A stretch of 64,000 nt of DNA, taken from assembly GCA_950097015.1 (NCBI GenBank), contig CATNEN010000038.1, forward strand, positions 16,678,001-16,742,000, written 5' to 3'. A program made the translations under genes and the position numbers. The notes under the pieces were generated by a model, which saw only the letters and a list, made by a program, of their open reading frames with translations, searched no databases and was not told the DNA's origin. Source of the DNA: Macrostomum hystrix (Eukaryota; Animalia; Platyhelminthes). Positions 1 to 13,964 of the stretch are shown one piece after another (positions within the stretch are counted from its first letter, which is position 1; each line of letters opens with the position of its first letter).

Positions 1-49
1 TATAGCTCGTAGCATTCACCGAGTGGAAAATCTTGATTGGTATCTCTCA

Positions 50-560
50 ATGAATCTTCCCAGGATGTTTTTCAGGAATCTTCCAAGGACTCTTCATAGG
101 AATCTTATCAGGAATCGCAACTGGAACTTTTAATCGGAATTTTCCCTGGAATCTTCCCAGAAATCTTACCCAGAATCTTCCCTGGAATCTTTCCTGGAAT
201 CTTCCCTGGAATCTTCCCTGAAATTCTCGACTGGAATCATCCCTGGAATCTTCCCTCGAATCCTCCCTGGAATCTTCCCTGGAATCTTCCCTGGAATCTT
301 CCCTGGAATCTTCCCTGAAATTCTCAACTGGAATCATCCCTGGAATCTTCCCTCGAATCCTCCCTGGAATCTTCCCTGGAATCTTTTCTGTAATCTTCCC
401 CGGAATCTTCCCTGGAATGTTCCCTGGAATTTTCCCTGGAATCTTCCCTGAAATCTTCCCTGGAATCTTCCTTGGAATTCTCAACTGGAATCTTAACGGA
501 ACTCTTATAGATAAGAATTAGAATTATAATTAATTAGAATCATCCCTGGAATCTTCCAGG
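50..560. repeat. Degenerate 12-bp tandem repeat (GGAATCTTCCCT)
   Basis: Unit visible directly; produces the spurious KIPG/REDS ORF. Confidence 0.9.
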
Positions 561-912
561 AATGTTCCTAAGAATCGTCATTTAAATTTTTCCAGGAAAC
601 TCTGTCAATATCGTTGTTTGCATCCTCTTATCTGACAGTTGCTGTTTTGCTATTTATCACCTTTGTATTGGAAGATTTGAAGCAATATTATGTTTCGTGG
701 CAAATTATGAGACCCACGCAATAGTACCCATTTTTATCGATGGCACTTATATTATTATTTCCCATGCAAAGCTAAGCGCCATGAGAATGTTACCCAGTGT
801 CAGCTGAGCACTTGTCAAGAATCCAACGCTGCGTGTGAAAATGTAAAATTGCATCATTAATGAGCTCAGGTGAGAATGGAATCACAAGAAATGGATGGAA
901 ATGGAATCACAG

Positions 913-1278
913 GAGGTGACACTGTTATTAGGAAAACTGTGAACACCCCACCATCACAGGTGACACTGTTATTAGGAAAACTGTGAACACCCCACCATCA
1001 CAGGTGACACTGTTATTAGGAAAACTGTGAACACCCTACCATCACATGTGACACTGTTATTAGGAAAACTGTGAACACCCTACCATCACAGGTGACACTG
1101 TTATCAGGAAAACTGTGAACACCCCACCATCACAGGTGACACTGTTATTAGGAAAACTGTGAACACCCTACCATCACAGGTGACACTGTTATCAGGAAAA
1201 CTGTGAACACCCTACAATCACAGGTGACACTGTTATCAGGAAAACTGTGAACACCCTACCATCACAGGGGGTGACACA
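913..1278. repeat. 44-bp minisatellite, about 8 copies
   Basis: AGGTGACACTGTTATTAGGAAAACTGTGAACACCCCACCATCAC repeated. Confidence 0.95.
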
Positions 1279-1856
1279 GCGATGTGAAAAACCGTTAACT
1301 TTTCCGTTGAAAGTATCTATGCAACTTTTAGTTAGAATAGCATGAGTACAAGCATTACTTAACTTAAAATTCGTTTAAGACGGTTAGGGTCTTGGGTTTC
1401 GGGGTTGGTTACAAACAGTATCCAAGAGTTCTATGCCATTTACTACTTTGCTACACAATTAAATTGATTCACTTATATCTCGCATGGCATCTCTGGCCGG
1501 GACAGTTCCGACTGTCTATGAAGTGACAGCGCACTGGTCTGCAGGCTGAGGATGGTAGCATTGGGCTGCAAAATTCCCTCAAACTTAAGCGTCTGTCAGT
1601 TAAGGATGCGGTTTTGGGGATTCAAGAAGCAATCTCAGAGGGGCCCACTTTTCTTATTAAATCTTATCAAATAGATGCTTAGTCCCGCGAAGGCACTGCA
1701 CCCTACTCAGTGCTCAGCTCACAATTCGATATCGAGCTATGGGAATGAGCTGTCAGTCGAACCACATTTCTTAGAAATTGATTCCCATATTGGCTTGGCT
1801 TGAGTTGGCACTTAGGGTAATTTGGGCCCAGTTATCTTGCTGCTGCATCAGGTCAG

Positions 1857-2752
1857 TGGAAATGTAATGGAAATGGAATGGAAATGGAATGGAAATGGAA
1901 TGGAAATGGAATGGAAATGGAATGGAAATAGAATGGAAATGGAATGGAAATGGAATGGAAATGGAATGGAAATGGAATGGAAATGGAATGGAAATGGAAT
2001 GGAAATGGAATGGAAATGGAATGGAAATGGAATGGAAATGGAATGGAAATGGAATGGAAATGGAATGGAAATGGAATGGAAATGGAATGGAAATGGAATG
2101 GAAATGGAATGGAAATGGAATGGAAATGGAATGGAAATGGAATGGAAATGGAATGGAAATGGAATGGAAATGGAATGGAAATGGAATGGAAATGGAATGG
2201 AAATGGAATGGAAATGGAATGGAAATGGAATGGAAATGGAATGGAAATGGAATGGAAATGGAATGGAAATGGAATGGAAATGGAATGGAAATGGAATGGA
2301 AATGGAATGGAAATGGAATGGAAATGGAATGGAAATGGAATGGAAATGGAATGGAAATGGAATGGAAATGGAATGGAAATGGAATGGAAATGGAATGGAA
2401 ATGGAATGGAAATGGAATGGAAATGGAATGGAAATGGAATGGAAATGGAATGGAAATGGAATGGAAATGGAATGGAAATGGAATGGAAATGGAATGGAAA
2501 TGGAATGGAAATGGAATGGAAATGGAATGGAAATGGAATGGAAATGGAATGGAAATGGAATGGAAATGGAATGGAAATGGAATGGAAATGGAATGGAAAT
2601 GGAATGGAAATGGAATGGAAATGGAATGGAAATGGAATGGAAATGGAATGGAAATGGAATGGAAATGGAATGGAAATGGAATGGAAATGGAATGGAAATG
2701 GAATGGAAATGGAATGGAAATGGAATGGAAATGGAATGGAAATGGAATGGAA
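1857..2752. repeat. 11-bp satellite (GGAATGGAAAT)n
   Basis: Near-perfect array of about 80 copies. Confidence 0.98.
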
Positions 2753-3254
2753 TTCGAACACTGTTAGCAGTCCAGCAGAGTTCAACCAGGGACACCTGGG
2801 TATTCTTAAGATGCAGCAAACACACAAGAGAATGAGCCCAGAGTCCACCTCAGCGCCAAGTCCAGTGTCCTATATCAAAGCTGCTTTCAAATGCTTTTAT
2901 CGATGCTTATCTAGCGCTAAAAGCAGTATGAAAGGACTGGCCAAGGCATCCTCTCATTCATTCATATCCTGGGCACTATTTTGATTTCCTTTTGCTAATC
3001 ACTGCGCTGTCCAGCACACTTACCTATTGCTACCTTGCAATCTAAATTTTTACTCGTAGTTCCTCTTACAAACCTGGATTGCAACATCTGTTTGGCGATT
3101 TCATAATGCATCCATTATGAAATCTGTTTCCTCTTTTAATATTTACCTGTTCGTCAGACATATTTTTTGTGTAAGCTTCTTCATATCTTAGAGTCTCAAG
3201 TCATAATTTCTCAAGTCTAAATTTCATCTGGTCTATAACTTTACAATGTCTTTG

Positions 3255-4090
3255 ATTATCAGATCTAGTCTCACAAATCCATATGATCAGATCTAATCTC
3301 ACAAATCTATATGATCAGATCTAATGTCACCAATTTATATGATCAGATCTAGTCTCACAAATCCATATGATCAGATCTAATCTCACAAATCCATATGATC
3401 AGATCTAATCTCACCAATTTATATGATCAGATCTAATCTCACAAATCCATATGATCAGATCTAATCTCACCAATTTATATGATCAGATCTAATCTCACAA
3501 ATCCATATGATCAGATCTAATCTCACCAATTTATATGATCAGATCTAATCTCACCAATTTATATGATCAGATCTAATCTCACAAATCCATATGATCAGAT
3601 CTAATCTCACAAATCCATATGATCAGATCTAATCTCACAAATCCATATGATCAGATCTAATCTCACAAATCCATATGATCAGATCTAATCTCACAAATCC
3701 ATATGATCAGATCTAATCTCACAAATCCATATGATCAGATCTAATCTCACAAATCTATATGATCAGATCTAATCTCACAAATCCATATGATCAGATCTAA
3801 TCTCACCAATCCATATGATCAGATCTAATCTCACCAATCCTATGATCAGATCCAATCTCACCAATCCTATGATCAGATCCAATCTCACCAATCCTATGAT
3901 CAGATCTAATTTCGCCAATCTATATGATCAGATCTAATCTCACCAATTTATATGATCAGATCTAATCTCACAAATCCATATGATCAGGTCTAATCTCACC
4001 AATCCATATGATCAGATCTAATCTCACCAATCCATATGATCAGATCCAATCGCACCAATCCTATGATCAGATCTAATTTCGCCAATCTAT
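3255..4090. repeat. 28-bp minisatellite (ATATGATCAGATCTAATCTCACAAATCC)
   Basis: Tandem copies with minor variants. Confidence 0.95.
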
Positions 4091-4437
4091 CTTTTCTGAT
4101 TAATAGACAATTTACAGTTTAACCAGAACAGAAATTCATTTTAAAATTGCCATTTATTTGATGGACTGAATTATCCGACAAATAGTCAACTTCATTGCCA
4201 ATTAATACGATTGATTATATTACGTTTCGACAGACAATATGCATATTTAGCAGTGCAATGATTAATTTTTCTTGAAGTTATGCAACAGCTCTGAATGGAG
4301 GATATTCTTAACAGGCTTATCAATGAGCACTTTGTTAGATAAGAAAACTCTAAGAAATCCTACTATTACTCGCGCTATTTTATTATTGTGCTGGTGTACA
4401 TTTCCAGCAAGTAGCTGTTGTGGCCTAGTGCCTTGAG

Positions 4438-5211
4438 CAGGGGTCGGCAACCATCGGCTTTCAAATCCGGCCACTAACAACACCTACTCAACCATGTCTC
4501 ACCTCTCAGAAGTCTCAGAAGTCAGAGGTCGAAAAACTTAATAGCTAGCGGGCCAATGAAAAAATCTAAAAGACGAGAGTGGGCCGCATTGACTTTAGAA
4601 ATATAAGATGAGACAGAGAAGAGACGACAAAGAGAGATGAGACACGGGAGAGATGAGACACTGGAGAGATGAGACACTGGAGAGATGAGACACTGGAGAG
4701 ATGAAACTGAGGAGAGATAAGACACTGGAGAGATGAGACACGGGAGAGATGAGACACGGGAGAGATGAGACACAGGATAGATGAGACTGAGGAGAGATTA
4801 GACAGAGGAGAGATGAGACACTGGAGAGATGAGACACTGGAGAGGTGAGACACGGGAGAGATAAGACATGGATGAGACGAGACTGAGGAGAGATTAGACA
4901 GGGGAGAGACGAGACTGAGGAGAGATTAGACAGGGGAAAGATGTAATACGGGAGAGATGAGACACGGGAGAGATGAGACACTGGAGAGATGAGACACTGG
5001 AGAGATGAGACACGGGAGAGATTAGACACTAGAGAGATTAGACACGGGAGAGATGAGACACGGGGAGAGATGAGACACTGGAGAGACGAGACTGAGGAGA
5101 GATGACACAGGGGAAAGATGAACACAGGATACTGTAGGTGTCGGAAGGGGCGACGGGCCGGATTTGGGAGCTTCGAGGGCCTCATCTGGCCGGTGGAGTT
5201 TGCCGGCCCTG
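4438..5211. mobile_element. hAT-like non-autonomous element (MITE) containing a 16-bp GAGATGAGACACTGGA array
   Basis: Imperfect TIRs CAGGGGTCGGCAA...TTGCCGGCCCTG; subterminal ATCCGGCC/GGCCGGAT and internal GCGGGCC/GGGCCGCAT motifs typical of hAT/Charlie MITEs. No clean TSD. Confidence 0.6.
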
Positions 5212-5335
5212 CTCTATCGTCTCATATCTCGCCTGTCTCACCTCTCCGCTGTCTCATCTCTCCCCTGTCTCCTATTTCTGCACTGTTTCATCTCTCTGGT
5301 GCGAAATATTTTCCTTGTGTCTCTAGATACACTAT

Positions 5336-6624
5336 TCAGTCTATCTAGACAATCTAGATATCAGTCTATCTAGACAATCTAGATATCAGTCTATCTAGAC
5401 AATCTAGATATCAGTCTATCTAGACAATCTAGATATCAGTCTATCTAGATAATCTAGATATCAGTCTATCTAGATAATCTAGATATCAGTCTATCTAGAC
5501 AATCTAGATATCAGTCTATCTAGACAATCTAGATATCAGTCTATCTAGACAATCTAGATATCAGTCTATCTAGACAATCTAGATATCAGTCTATCTAGAC
5601 AATCTAGATATCAGTCTATCTAGACAATCTAGATATCAGTCTATCTAGACAATCTAGATATCAGTCTATCTAGATAATCTAGATATCAGTCTATCTAGAC
5701 AATCTAGATATCAGTCTATCTAGACAATCTAGATATCAGTCTATCTAGACAATCTAGATATCAGTCTATCTAGACAATCTAGATATCAGTCTATCTAGAC
5801 AATCTAGATATCAGTCTATCTAGACAATCTAGATATCAGTCTATCTAGACAATCTAGATATCAGTCTATCTAGACAATCTAGATATCAGTCTATCTAGAT
5901 AATCTAGATATCAGTCTATCTAGATAATCTAGATATCAGTCTATCTAGATAATCTAGATATCAGTCTATCTAGATAATCTAGATATCAGTCTATCTAGAT
6001 AATCTAGATATCAGTCTATCTAGATAATCTAGATATCAGTCTATCTAGATAATCTAGATATCAGTCTATCTAGACAATCTAGATATCAGTCTATCTAGAC
6101 AATCTAGATATCAGTCTATCTAGACAATCTAGATATCAGTCTATCTAGACAATCTAGATATCAGTCTATCTAGACAATCTAGATATCAGTCTATCTAGAC
6201 AATCTAGATATCAGTCTATCTAGACAATCTAGATATCAGTCTATCTAGACAATCTAGATATCAGTCTATCTAGACAATCTAGATATCAGTCTATCTAGAT
6301 AATCTAGATATCAGTCTATCTAGATAATCTAGATATCAGTCTATCTAGACAATCTAGATATCAGTCTATCTAGACAATCTAGATATCAGTCTATCTAGAC
6401 AATCTAGATATCAGTCTATCTAGACAATCTAGATATCAGTCTATCTAGACAATCTAGATATCAGTCTATCTAGACAATCTAGATATCAGTCTATCTAGAC
6501 AATCTAGATATCAGTCTATCTAGACAATCTAGATATCAGTCTATCTAGACAATCTAGATATCAGTCTATCTAGACAATCTAGATATCAGTCTATCTAGAC
6601 AATCTAGATATCAGTCTATCTAGA
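5336..6624. repeat. 25-bp satellite (TCAGTCTATCTAGACAATCTAGATA)
   Basis: About 51 near-perfect copies; two TCTAGA palindromes per unit. Confidence 0.98.
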
Positions 6625-7357
6625 TTTCATGCGAAATGGTATTAGGATTAGCCTATAACAAGTCCACAGAGTGAGGACCTGTACACAGCCTACACAGCTA
6701 TACGAGCATATAATTCTCTCGATTCATCTTATTCGAGTTGCGGAAAAAACTCGTGCTACTAATGAAGCACTATAAAGCCTTGTTAGAATGGGGCAGCCTA
6801 CTGTTTTAGTCAAATTCATTTTAGTGAACAGCCCTTTAACGAAATTTGAAGAAAAGAAACGCTATTTCTATTTGATAAACTGACTTTTAGCTATCAGTCT
6901 GGCAGCAATCCGGTTGAAAAAAACCGCCTGTCAGAGACTTATGAAAGAAAATCTGTACAGAAAGATGTATCGAGGCTATTCGCGGGTGTGAAATCTGCCA
7001 GTTTTCCAAGAAAATCTGCCATCAACCAAGAAAACGAGAATTGGAGCGAAAAAAAAAGTAAAAATTGAATTTAAGCTGGAACATTCTTTAAAACAGTTTG
7101 CTGGGAAAGGGAATGAATGCACCTTGACAATGGCCAACCGGTCTTCACGAGCCCGTAGCTGGGGACTGTTCCGAAGAAATCTACTTTTGTTTTTCTTTCT
7201 TGCCTTGAACCGGAGGAAGACAGATTTTTTCTTCGGTAAAAAAGTTTAACCGATTGGAACTTCTGCTGTGATTTTTAAAATACCTATTTCAGCACAATAG
7301 TCCTTTTGTACCAAAACGAGTGTCACGTGATATTTAGATTCGAACCATGGACACACA

Positions 7358-7547
7358 TGGGTGGTGAGTGGCAGAGCGGTTTATGCGTCTGAGGGCCAAC
7401 CTTCAAGGTAAAGGAGAGCGCGTACACTGCCTGACGATGCGAAAGTCAGGGCTGGCGTACACACCTGTGCGCGTGTGTGCTCAGGAGTTAGCGGAGTGTG
7501 CAGAATTGATTCCTCGCTGGCCGCGGGTCTAGTGTCACCCGCAGACC
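7358..7547 (+). mobile_element. Diverged, internally deleted SINE (family B)
   Basis: Aligns by eye to the reverse complement of 51970-52332 (A-box-like GTGGCAGAGCGG; CTGACGATG.GAAAGTCAGG; TCCTCGCTGGC.GCGGGTCTAGTGTCAC). Confidence 0.8.
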
Positions 7548-7548
7548 T

Positions 7549-8095
7549 TACTCTAGTGGTACTCTAGTCGTACTCCAGTGGTACTCTAGTGGCACTCTAG
7601 TGGTACTCCAGTGGTACTCTAGTGGCACTCTAGTGGTACTCTAGTGCTACTCTAGTGGTACTCTAGTGCTACTCTAGTGGTACTCTAGTGGTACTCCAGT
7701 GGTACTCTAGTGGTACTCTAGTGGTACTCCAGTGGTACTCTAGTGGTACTCTAGTGGTACTCCAGTGGTACTCTAGTGGTACTCTAGTGGTAATCTAGTG
7801 CTACTCTAGTGGTAATCTAGTGCTACTCTAGTGGTACTCTAGTGGTAATCTAGTGCTACTCTAGTGGTAATCTAGTGCTACTCTAGTGGTAATCTAGTGC
7901 TACTCTAGTGGTACTCTAGTGGTACTCTAGTGGTACTCTAGTGGTACTCTAGTGGTACTCTAGTGGTACTCTAGTGGTACTCTAGTGGTAATCTAGTGCT
8001 ACTCTAGTGGTAATCTAGTGCTACTCTAGTGGTACTCTAGTGGTACTCTAGTGGTACTCTAGTGGTACTCTAGTGGTACTCTAGTGGTACTCTAG
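7549..8095. repeat. 11-bp satellite (TACTCTAGTGG)n
   Basis: Tandem copies starting immediately after the SINE. Confidence 0.97.
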
Positions 8096-9324
8096 CAGTC
8101 GTTTGTTCTGCTAAGTTACCTTCTTGTCGCCATTGTGCTTGTTGTTGGCTTCTACAGTATTCTACGAGCGGCTAGATGGCATTGGTGCTGGCACGGCCTT
8201 TGGGAAGGAATTATTGGTGTTGGAGAGCGCAGCTGCAGTGCTTGGCCTTGATCCCTCAATCAGGGGGAAGAAATCCCTCATTCGTCTATCCCATATGATC
8301 CCAGGTTTAAAAAACAGGCCAAATAAAGCTGAGACAGTGATGTGGATGAGCCTAAGTCTTTCGCCGAAACGATCTAGATTTCAAAGAGAGATTTCTTGAT
8401 TCAATCGGAACTCAAATGGTCGATTGTTTGGTGCTTGATTGCGAGTTCTATTAGGAACCTGGCCTTTAAATGCGCCCAAATGGAATTGGTCCAATGATGA
8501 AGTTCATATTGTGCTGCAGTTTAGTGCACAGATGTGTGGCCCAACTATGTACCAAATATATGAACTTCTACACAGGAATAGATAGGAAAAAATTTTAGCT
8601 ACAGGAATTAATGTTCCCATTTTTTCATGGCCTTAGCCTAATCAGTCTCTGCAGAAAAAACAAGCTGCCACCAACATTGCAGATGGCACCTTGTCTCTCT
8701 CTCACTCACTGTGTGTCTGTATCTCACCTAATCAGACAACAACTAGACTTCTTCTTGTACAAAAAAACTGCATCTGGTTAGATTGGCAAGTTTTGATTAA
8801 TGGCAATACTAAGGCCCGCACACTGGTTGGGATTCAGTAGGGGAGTGTAGTACTGAACTAGCAAGGCAAGGCATCAAGTTATCCTCAATTCAGGACCACA
8901 GATGATAGATTAGCTGAGTCGGCCTTACTAATCATTTCACTTCTTCTTCAGCTAAAAGAGACTTGAAAAAAAACGGAAGAAATAGATAAGCTTAGACTGT
9001 CATCGCGTGCAAAATGCCCAGTGTTTTTATTCTAGCCCTAAACAATGCGTATGTCATGCGAGTGACGCTGCAAGCATCAGTATGATAGTTATCTCGTCAC
9101 TGCATGTCGGCGCCTATAACGATATGGACGGCGACAGCAACTGCAAGACAAGATTGAGTGCTATTTTTTTCAGAATTTCTTTTGACGGTGAAATCGAGAA
9201 AGTTGTGACGCGACGATCATGATTAGGCATTTTGGTGAGTTTGTAGTCCAATTCTTAGAGTTTCGGACTCAGCTTATTTAATAATCTCTTATAGCTTGAA
9301 TGTAATAATAATACGAGTAATAAT

Positions 9325-9613
9325 AATGTAATAATAATAATAATAATATGGCCCATCATTTAGTGACACTAGACCCGCAGCCAGCGAGGAGGCAATTCTG
9401 CACATTTCGCTGACTCCTGAGCACACACGCACACAGATACTGTACGCAGGCATACGCTTACACAGGTGTGTACATCTGCACTGACTTTCTCATCGTCAGG
9501 CAAAGTACACTTTCACTGTGCCCCAAAATTAAATGTGGCCTCGCCGTGGAATCGAACTTAGGGACCATGGTGCGAGAGGCAAACGCGTTAACCGCTCTGC
9601 CACCGACCCCCCA
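9325..9613 (-). mobile_element. SINE family B copy with internal deletion and (TTA)n tail
   Basis: Homologous to 51970-52332; B box GTTCGATTCC on the minus strand. Confidence 0.85.
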
Positions 9614-9637
9614 TAGTTCGACTCTTATAGTTCGAAT

Positions 9638-9786
9638 CTTGTACCCATTTAACAGCTGAGTGAAGTGACGCAACGCAGATTTAAACGTCTTGCGAAAAGA
9701 ACACAAACTGTTCCAGTGGAGTCGGGAATCGAACCCCCGCCCTTCAAGTCGTGAGTCGGACGCTATAGTCACTAGGCTAAAACCTC
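9638..9786 (-). mobile_element. SINE family A, 5' half (tRNA-like head plus central domain)
   Basis: Homologous to 27575-27720. Confidence 0.85.
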
Positions 9787-10393
9787 TTGCTTGAATCATA
9801 GCCCAGTGAAAAAATGTGTCCAGTTGAGATATTAAATTCCCTGAATGCGTCAGTTCCACGGTTCCATGTTCCGTGGGTGGCTGTTACGGCGTCACAGTCC
9901 ATGGAGTCCATGAATAAACAATAGTCGGTTATAGCAAAATAATTATTTGTGATGATCCCAACAGTAAATCAGTGTTGACAGTGACGAAAATCAAATACCA
10001 TCTAGACTAAATACGGAGAGTTTGAAAGTGAAGAACAGTAAATAAATGGGAAACTGAAAAATTACAACGGCCGGTCACTTCGATTACGCAATCGCCAGAA
10101 ATTACAAAGAGACAGACAGATCAGTGACAGAAATTGTAGTCAGTTGCAGTGACTACATTTTGTAGTCCCAGTGGGATTTGGCAGGATCTGCGTGCGTTTC
10201 CGCTGCCTGAGTAAGCCTCGTGCAACTGCTCAACAGTTACCAACTCAGCTCAATCACTTTCGGTGTTATTTTTATATTTCTATTGGCTCAATTCTTGGAG
10301 CTATGAGCTAATCTTGAACTCAGATGAACTCAGATCTCAAAATCTTTTTTTGTTTTGACTAGAAGAAAGCAGAAAAATTTTACATGACAGAAA

Positions 10394-11660
10394 GTTGCTC
10401 ATCCTATGTGACAGCCCAGTTGCTCATCCTAGATGACAGCCCAGTTGCTCATCCTAGATGACAGCCCAGTTGCTCATCCTATGTGACAGCCCAGTTGCTC
10501 ATCCTAGATGCCAGCCCAGTTGCTCATCCTAGATGACAGCCCAGTTGCTCATCCTATGTGACAGCCCAGTTGCTCATCCTAGATGACAGCCCAGTTGCTC
10601 ATCCTAGATGACAGCCCAGTTGCTCATCCTAGATGCCAGCCCAGTTGCTCATCCTATGTGACAGCCCAGTTGCTCATCCTAGATGACAGCCCAGTTGCTC
10701 ATCCTATGTGACAGCCCAGTTGCTCATCCTATGTGACAGCCCAGTTGCTCATCCTAGATGACAGCCCAGTTGCTCATCCTATGTGACAGCCCAGTTGCTC
10801 ATCCTATGTGACAGCCCAGTTGCTCATCCTAGATGACAGCCCAGTCTATGTGACAGCCCAGTTGCTCATCGTAGATGACAGCCCAGTTGCTAATCCTAGA
10901 TGACAGCCCAGTTGCTAATCCTAGATGACAGCCCAGTTGCTCATCCTAGATGACAGCCCAGTTGCTCATCCTATGTGACAGCCCAGTTGCTCATCCTAGA
11001 TGACAGCCCAGTTGCTCATCCTAGATGACAGCCCAGTTGCTCATCCTAGATGACAGCCCAGTTGCTCATCCTAGATGACAGCCCAGTTGCTCATCCTAGA
11101 TGACAGCCCAGTTGCTCATCCTAGATGACAGCCCAGTTGCTCATCCTAGATGACAGCCCAGTTGCTCATCCTAGATGACAGCCCAGTTGCTCATCCTAGA
11201 TGACAGCCCAGTTGCTCATCTTAGATGTGACAACCCAGTTGCTCATCCTAGATGACAGCCCAGTTGCTCATCATATGTGACAGCCCAGTTGCTCATCCTA
11301 TGTGACAGCCCAGTTGCTCATCCTATGTGACAGCCCAGTTGCTCATCCTAGATGACAGCCCAGTTGCTCATCTTAGATGTGACAGCCCAGTTGCTCATCC
11401 TAGATGACAGCCCAGTTGCTCATCTTAGATGTGACAGCCCAGTTGCTCATCCTAGATGACAGCCCAGTTGCTTATCCTATGTGACAGCCCAGTTGCTCAT
11501 CCTATGTGACAGCCCAGTTGCTCATCCTATGTGACAGCCCAGTTGCTCATCCTAGATGACAGCCCAGTTGCTCATCTTAGATGTGACAGCCCAGTTGCTC
11601 ATCCTATGTGACAGCCCAGTTGCTCATCCTAGATGACAGCCCAGTCCCTCATCCTAGATG
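10394..11660. repeat. 25-bp satellite (GTTGCTCATCCTAGATGACAGCCCA)
   Basis: About 50 copies, alternating TAGA/TATG variants. Confidence 0.98.
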
Positions 11661-13034
11661 ATATCGATCGAGACATCATCAAGTTGTCTAACATGTAAGT
11701 TGAGTTACATTTCATTAACGAATATAAAGTTTCGACTCCTAAAGCCTGGAAACGCGCAAGTTTGTTTAAAAATATTGAATATGAATTGCTTACGGTTTGC
11801 TTTAGCTATAGGTTTCCCTTAGTTGTCAAGCTGCAAGCTTCGTGACTACGTAGAATGTAGATTGCAGTTTTCTGGCTTGGGCAATGAGATTCTGGCAGTC
11901 TTCGACGCAGCACTTAGACAATTGGTCAGCAGAAGCTTAGCATGGTTGTTGGCTTTCAAACTGATTTCTAATCTTGTCTCCGTTAGAAGGAATCACAAAA
12001 ATGCATAAAAACGTCAAAGCGTCGGCGAAGAGGCGGGTGAAGAGGGTGACGCGGGGTTAACAGCGGGTGGAGCGTAGTCGCACCTTTGTCAAATAAGCTT
12101 CCTAATAAGAGCTTAGCTTTGTGCAGCTGCAGCGCGAGTGAAATAAGTTTAACTCGCGACTGGATAAAAAATAGCTAACCAATGAGATGCTTCCTAATTT
12201 TTGTAATTGAAAAAGAGCTAATAGCTATACTACTTAAAGTAAGTGAGCTTACTAACGGAAAAAAAATTAAAAAAATTAAAGAAAAATACGAAAACATAAA
12301 AAATCTGTCGAAAAAAGGAGCCTTATAGTGGACCTGTCTAATAAGTTAGGCAATTCGACAGACTGGGTGAAGGACTCTCCAGAAAACACAGGCAGCGATT
12401 GAGTTTGACAATCAAACAGACAATGATGAAGATGCTCATGCAACAAATTGCTCCTAACTAGCTGATTGAGGGTATAGGAAGTGCGCTAAAAAGAGTCCAC
12501 TTTCAAAAACTAGCCCAGCAAGGACGGTCCGAAATCACATTTTTTCTTTGCACGGCGACAAAGAGGACAGTTAGAATGCGTAGAAGCTGTGCCATCAAAG
12601 TGTTTAAAAGAGAAGCCTTAACAGCTTCAAAGTGCTCATGGAGACGGCCACTCACTCATTGCACGCCTATAAGTCGGCGCGTGCCCCTGCAAAGCTGTCT
12701 CCAGCAGGCTTTGTTCGGGCCGGCCGCAATGCGAAAAGGAGATAAGAGGGCGCTAGTCGAAAAGACGGAGACAAGAGAGAAAAACTGGCTTTGAGGCTAA
12801 AGTGCCAGTCACGTAGGGGGATTCGAAGGCTCATCAATAGCTGTAATTTTCCTGTCGAAAAGCGACAACTTCAGTAAAGATGTTTCACCGCTCTCATTTC
12901 ACTTCGCTGCCTGTCCGCTGTACTTCAACAGCTGAGTTTAAAATATATGGGATTCTGTGGCTGCAGCGTTGTAAAACATACATTTGAAGGATTAGCAAGG
13001 CTTTTAAAAGGACCTTAAACAAACATGATTTACA

Positions 13035-13600
13035 ATCTAGGATCAGGTGACACATTCTAGATCCACGATTCGTAGAAAGATCAGGTGTCCCAATCATATA
13101 GATACTCGTACGCGTTTCTTAGAAAGATCAAGTGTCACAATCTAGATCCACGATTCTTAGAAAGATCAGGTGCCACAAACTAGAACCGCGTTTCTTAGAA
13201 AGATAGGTGTCACAATCTAGATCCAGGATTATTAGAAAGATCAGGTAACACAATCTGAACCCACGATCCTTAAAAAGATCCGGTGTCACAATCTAGATCC
13301 GCGTTTCCTAGAAAGATCAGGTCTCACAATCTACGAGCGTAGATCCACGTAGATCCAGAAAGATCATGTGTCCAAAACTAGATCCGCGTTTCTTAGAAAG
13401 ATAGGTGTCACAATCTAGATCCAGGATTCTTAGAAAGATCAGGTGACACAATCTAGATCTACGATTCTTAGAAAACATCAGGTGTCACAATCTAGATCTA
13501 CGATTCTTAGTAAGATCAGGTGACACAATCTAGATCTACGATTCTTAGAAAGATCAGGTGTCACAAACTATATATACGATTCTTGGAAAGATCGGGAGTC
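13035..13600. repeat. Degenerate ~38-bp minisatellite (AGATCAGGTGTCACAATCTAGATCCACGATTCTTAGAA)
   Basis: About 14 diverged copies. Confidence 0.9.
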
Positions 13601-13964
13601 ACTTAGTCAATCGGTGATCCAGTATCCAACGAATGCACCAAGTCTATAAACGAATTCATCTAACAAATATGAATATTTATCAATTCAATTCGTTTTGAAC
13701 AGCAGAATATTGTGTTATATTTTTGTATAGAAAAACAAGTAAAGACGAGTCGTAGCTGAACAAAAATTGTTGGAATAAAGAAATGTAACACAGTACAGAC
13801 AAAACAGAGAGCTGGAAAAACAAAGAAGTAAATTGATGTAAGCTGCAGGACCACATAAGCAAAACTACAATTTTAAAGTGGTGTTTCACAGCAACACTAA
13901 AGGCAATTAAAGTCTAGAAAACTAATTAAAGCAAATGAAACGGTACGTGTTTGGCAAACAACAA

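Noticed and set aside
1822-2984. MEMEWKWNGNG and reverse ORFs
   Set aside because: Stop-free 11-bp repeat, open in nearly all frames.
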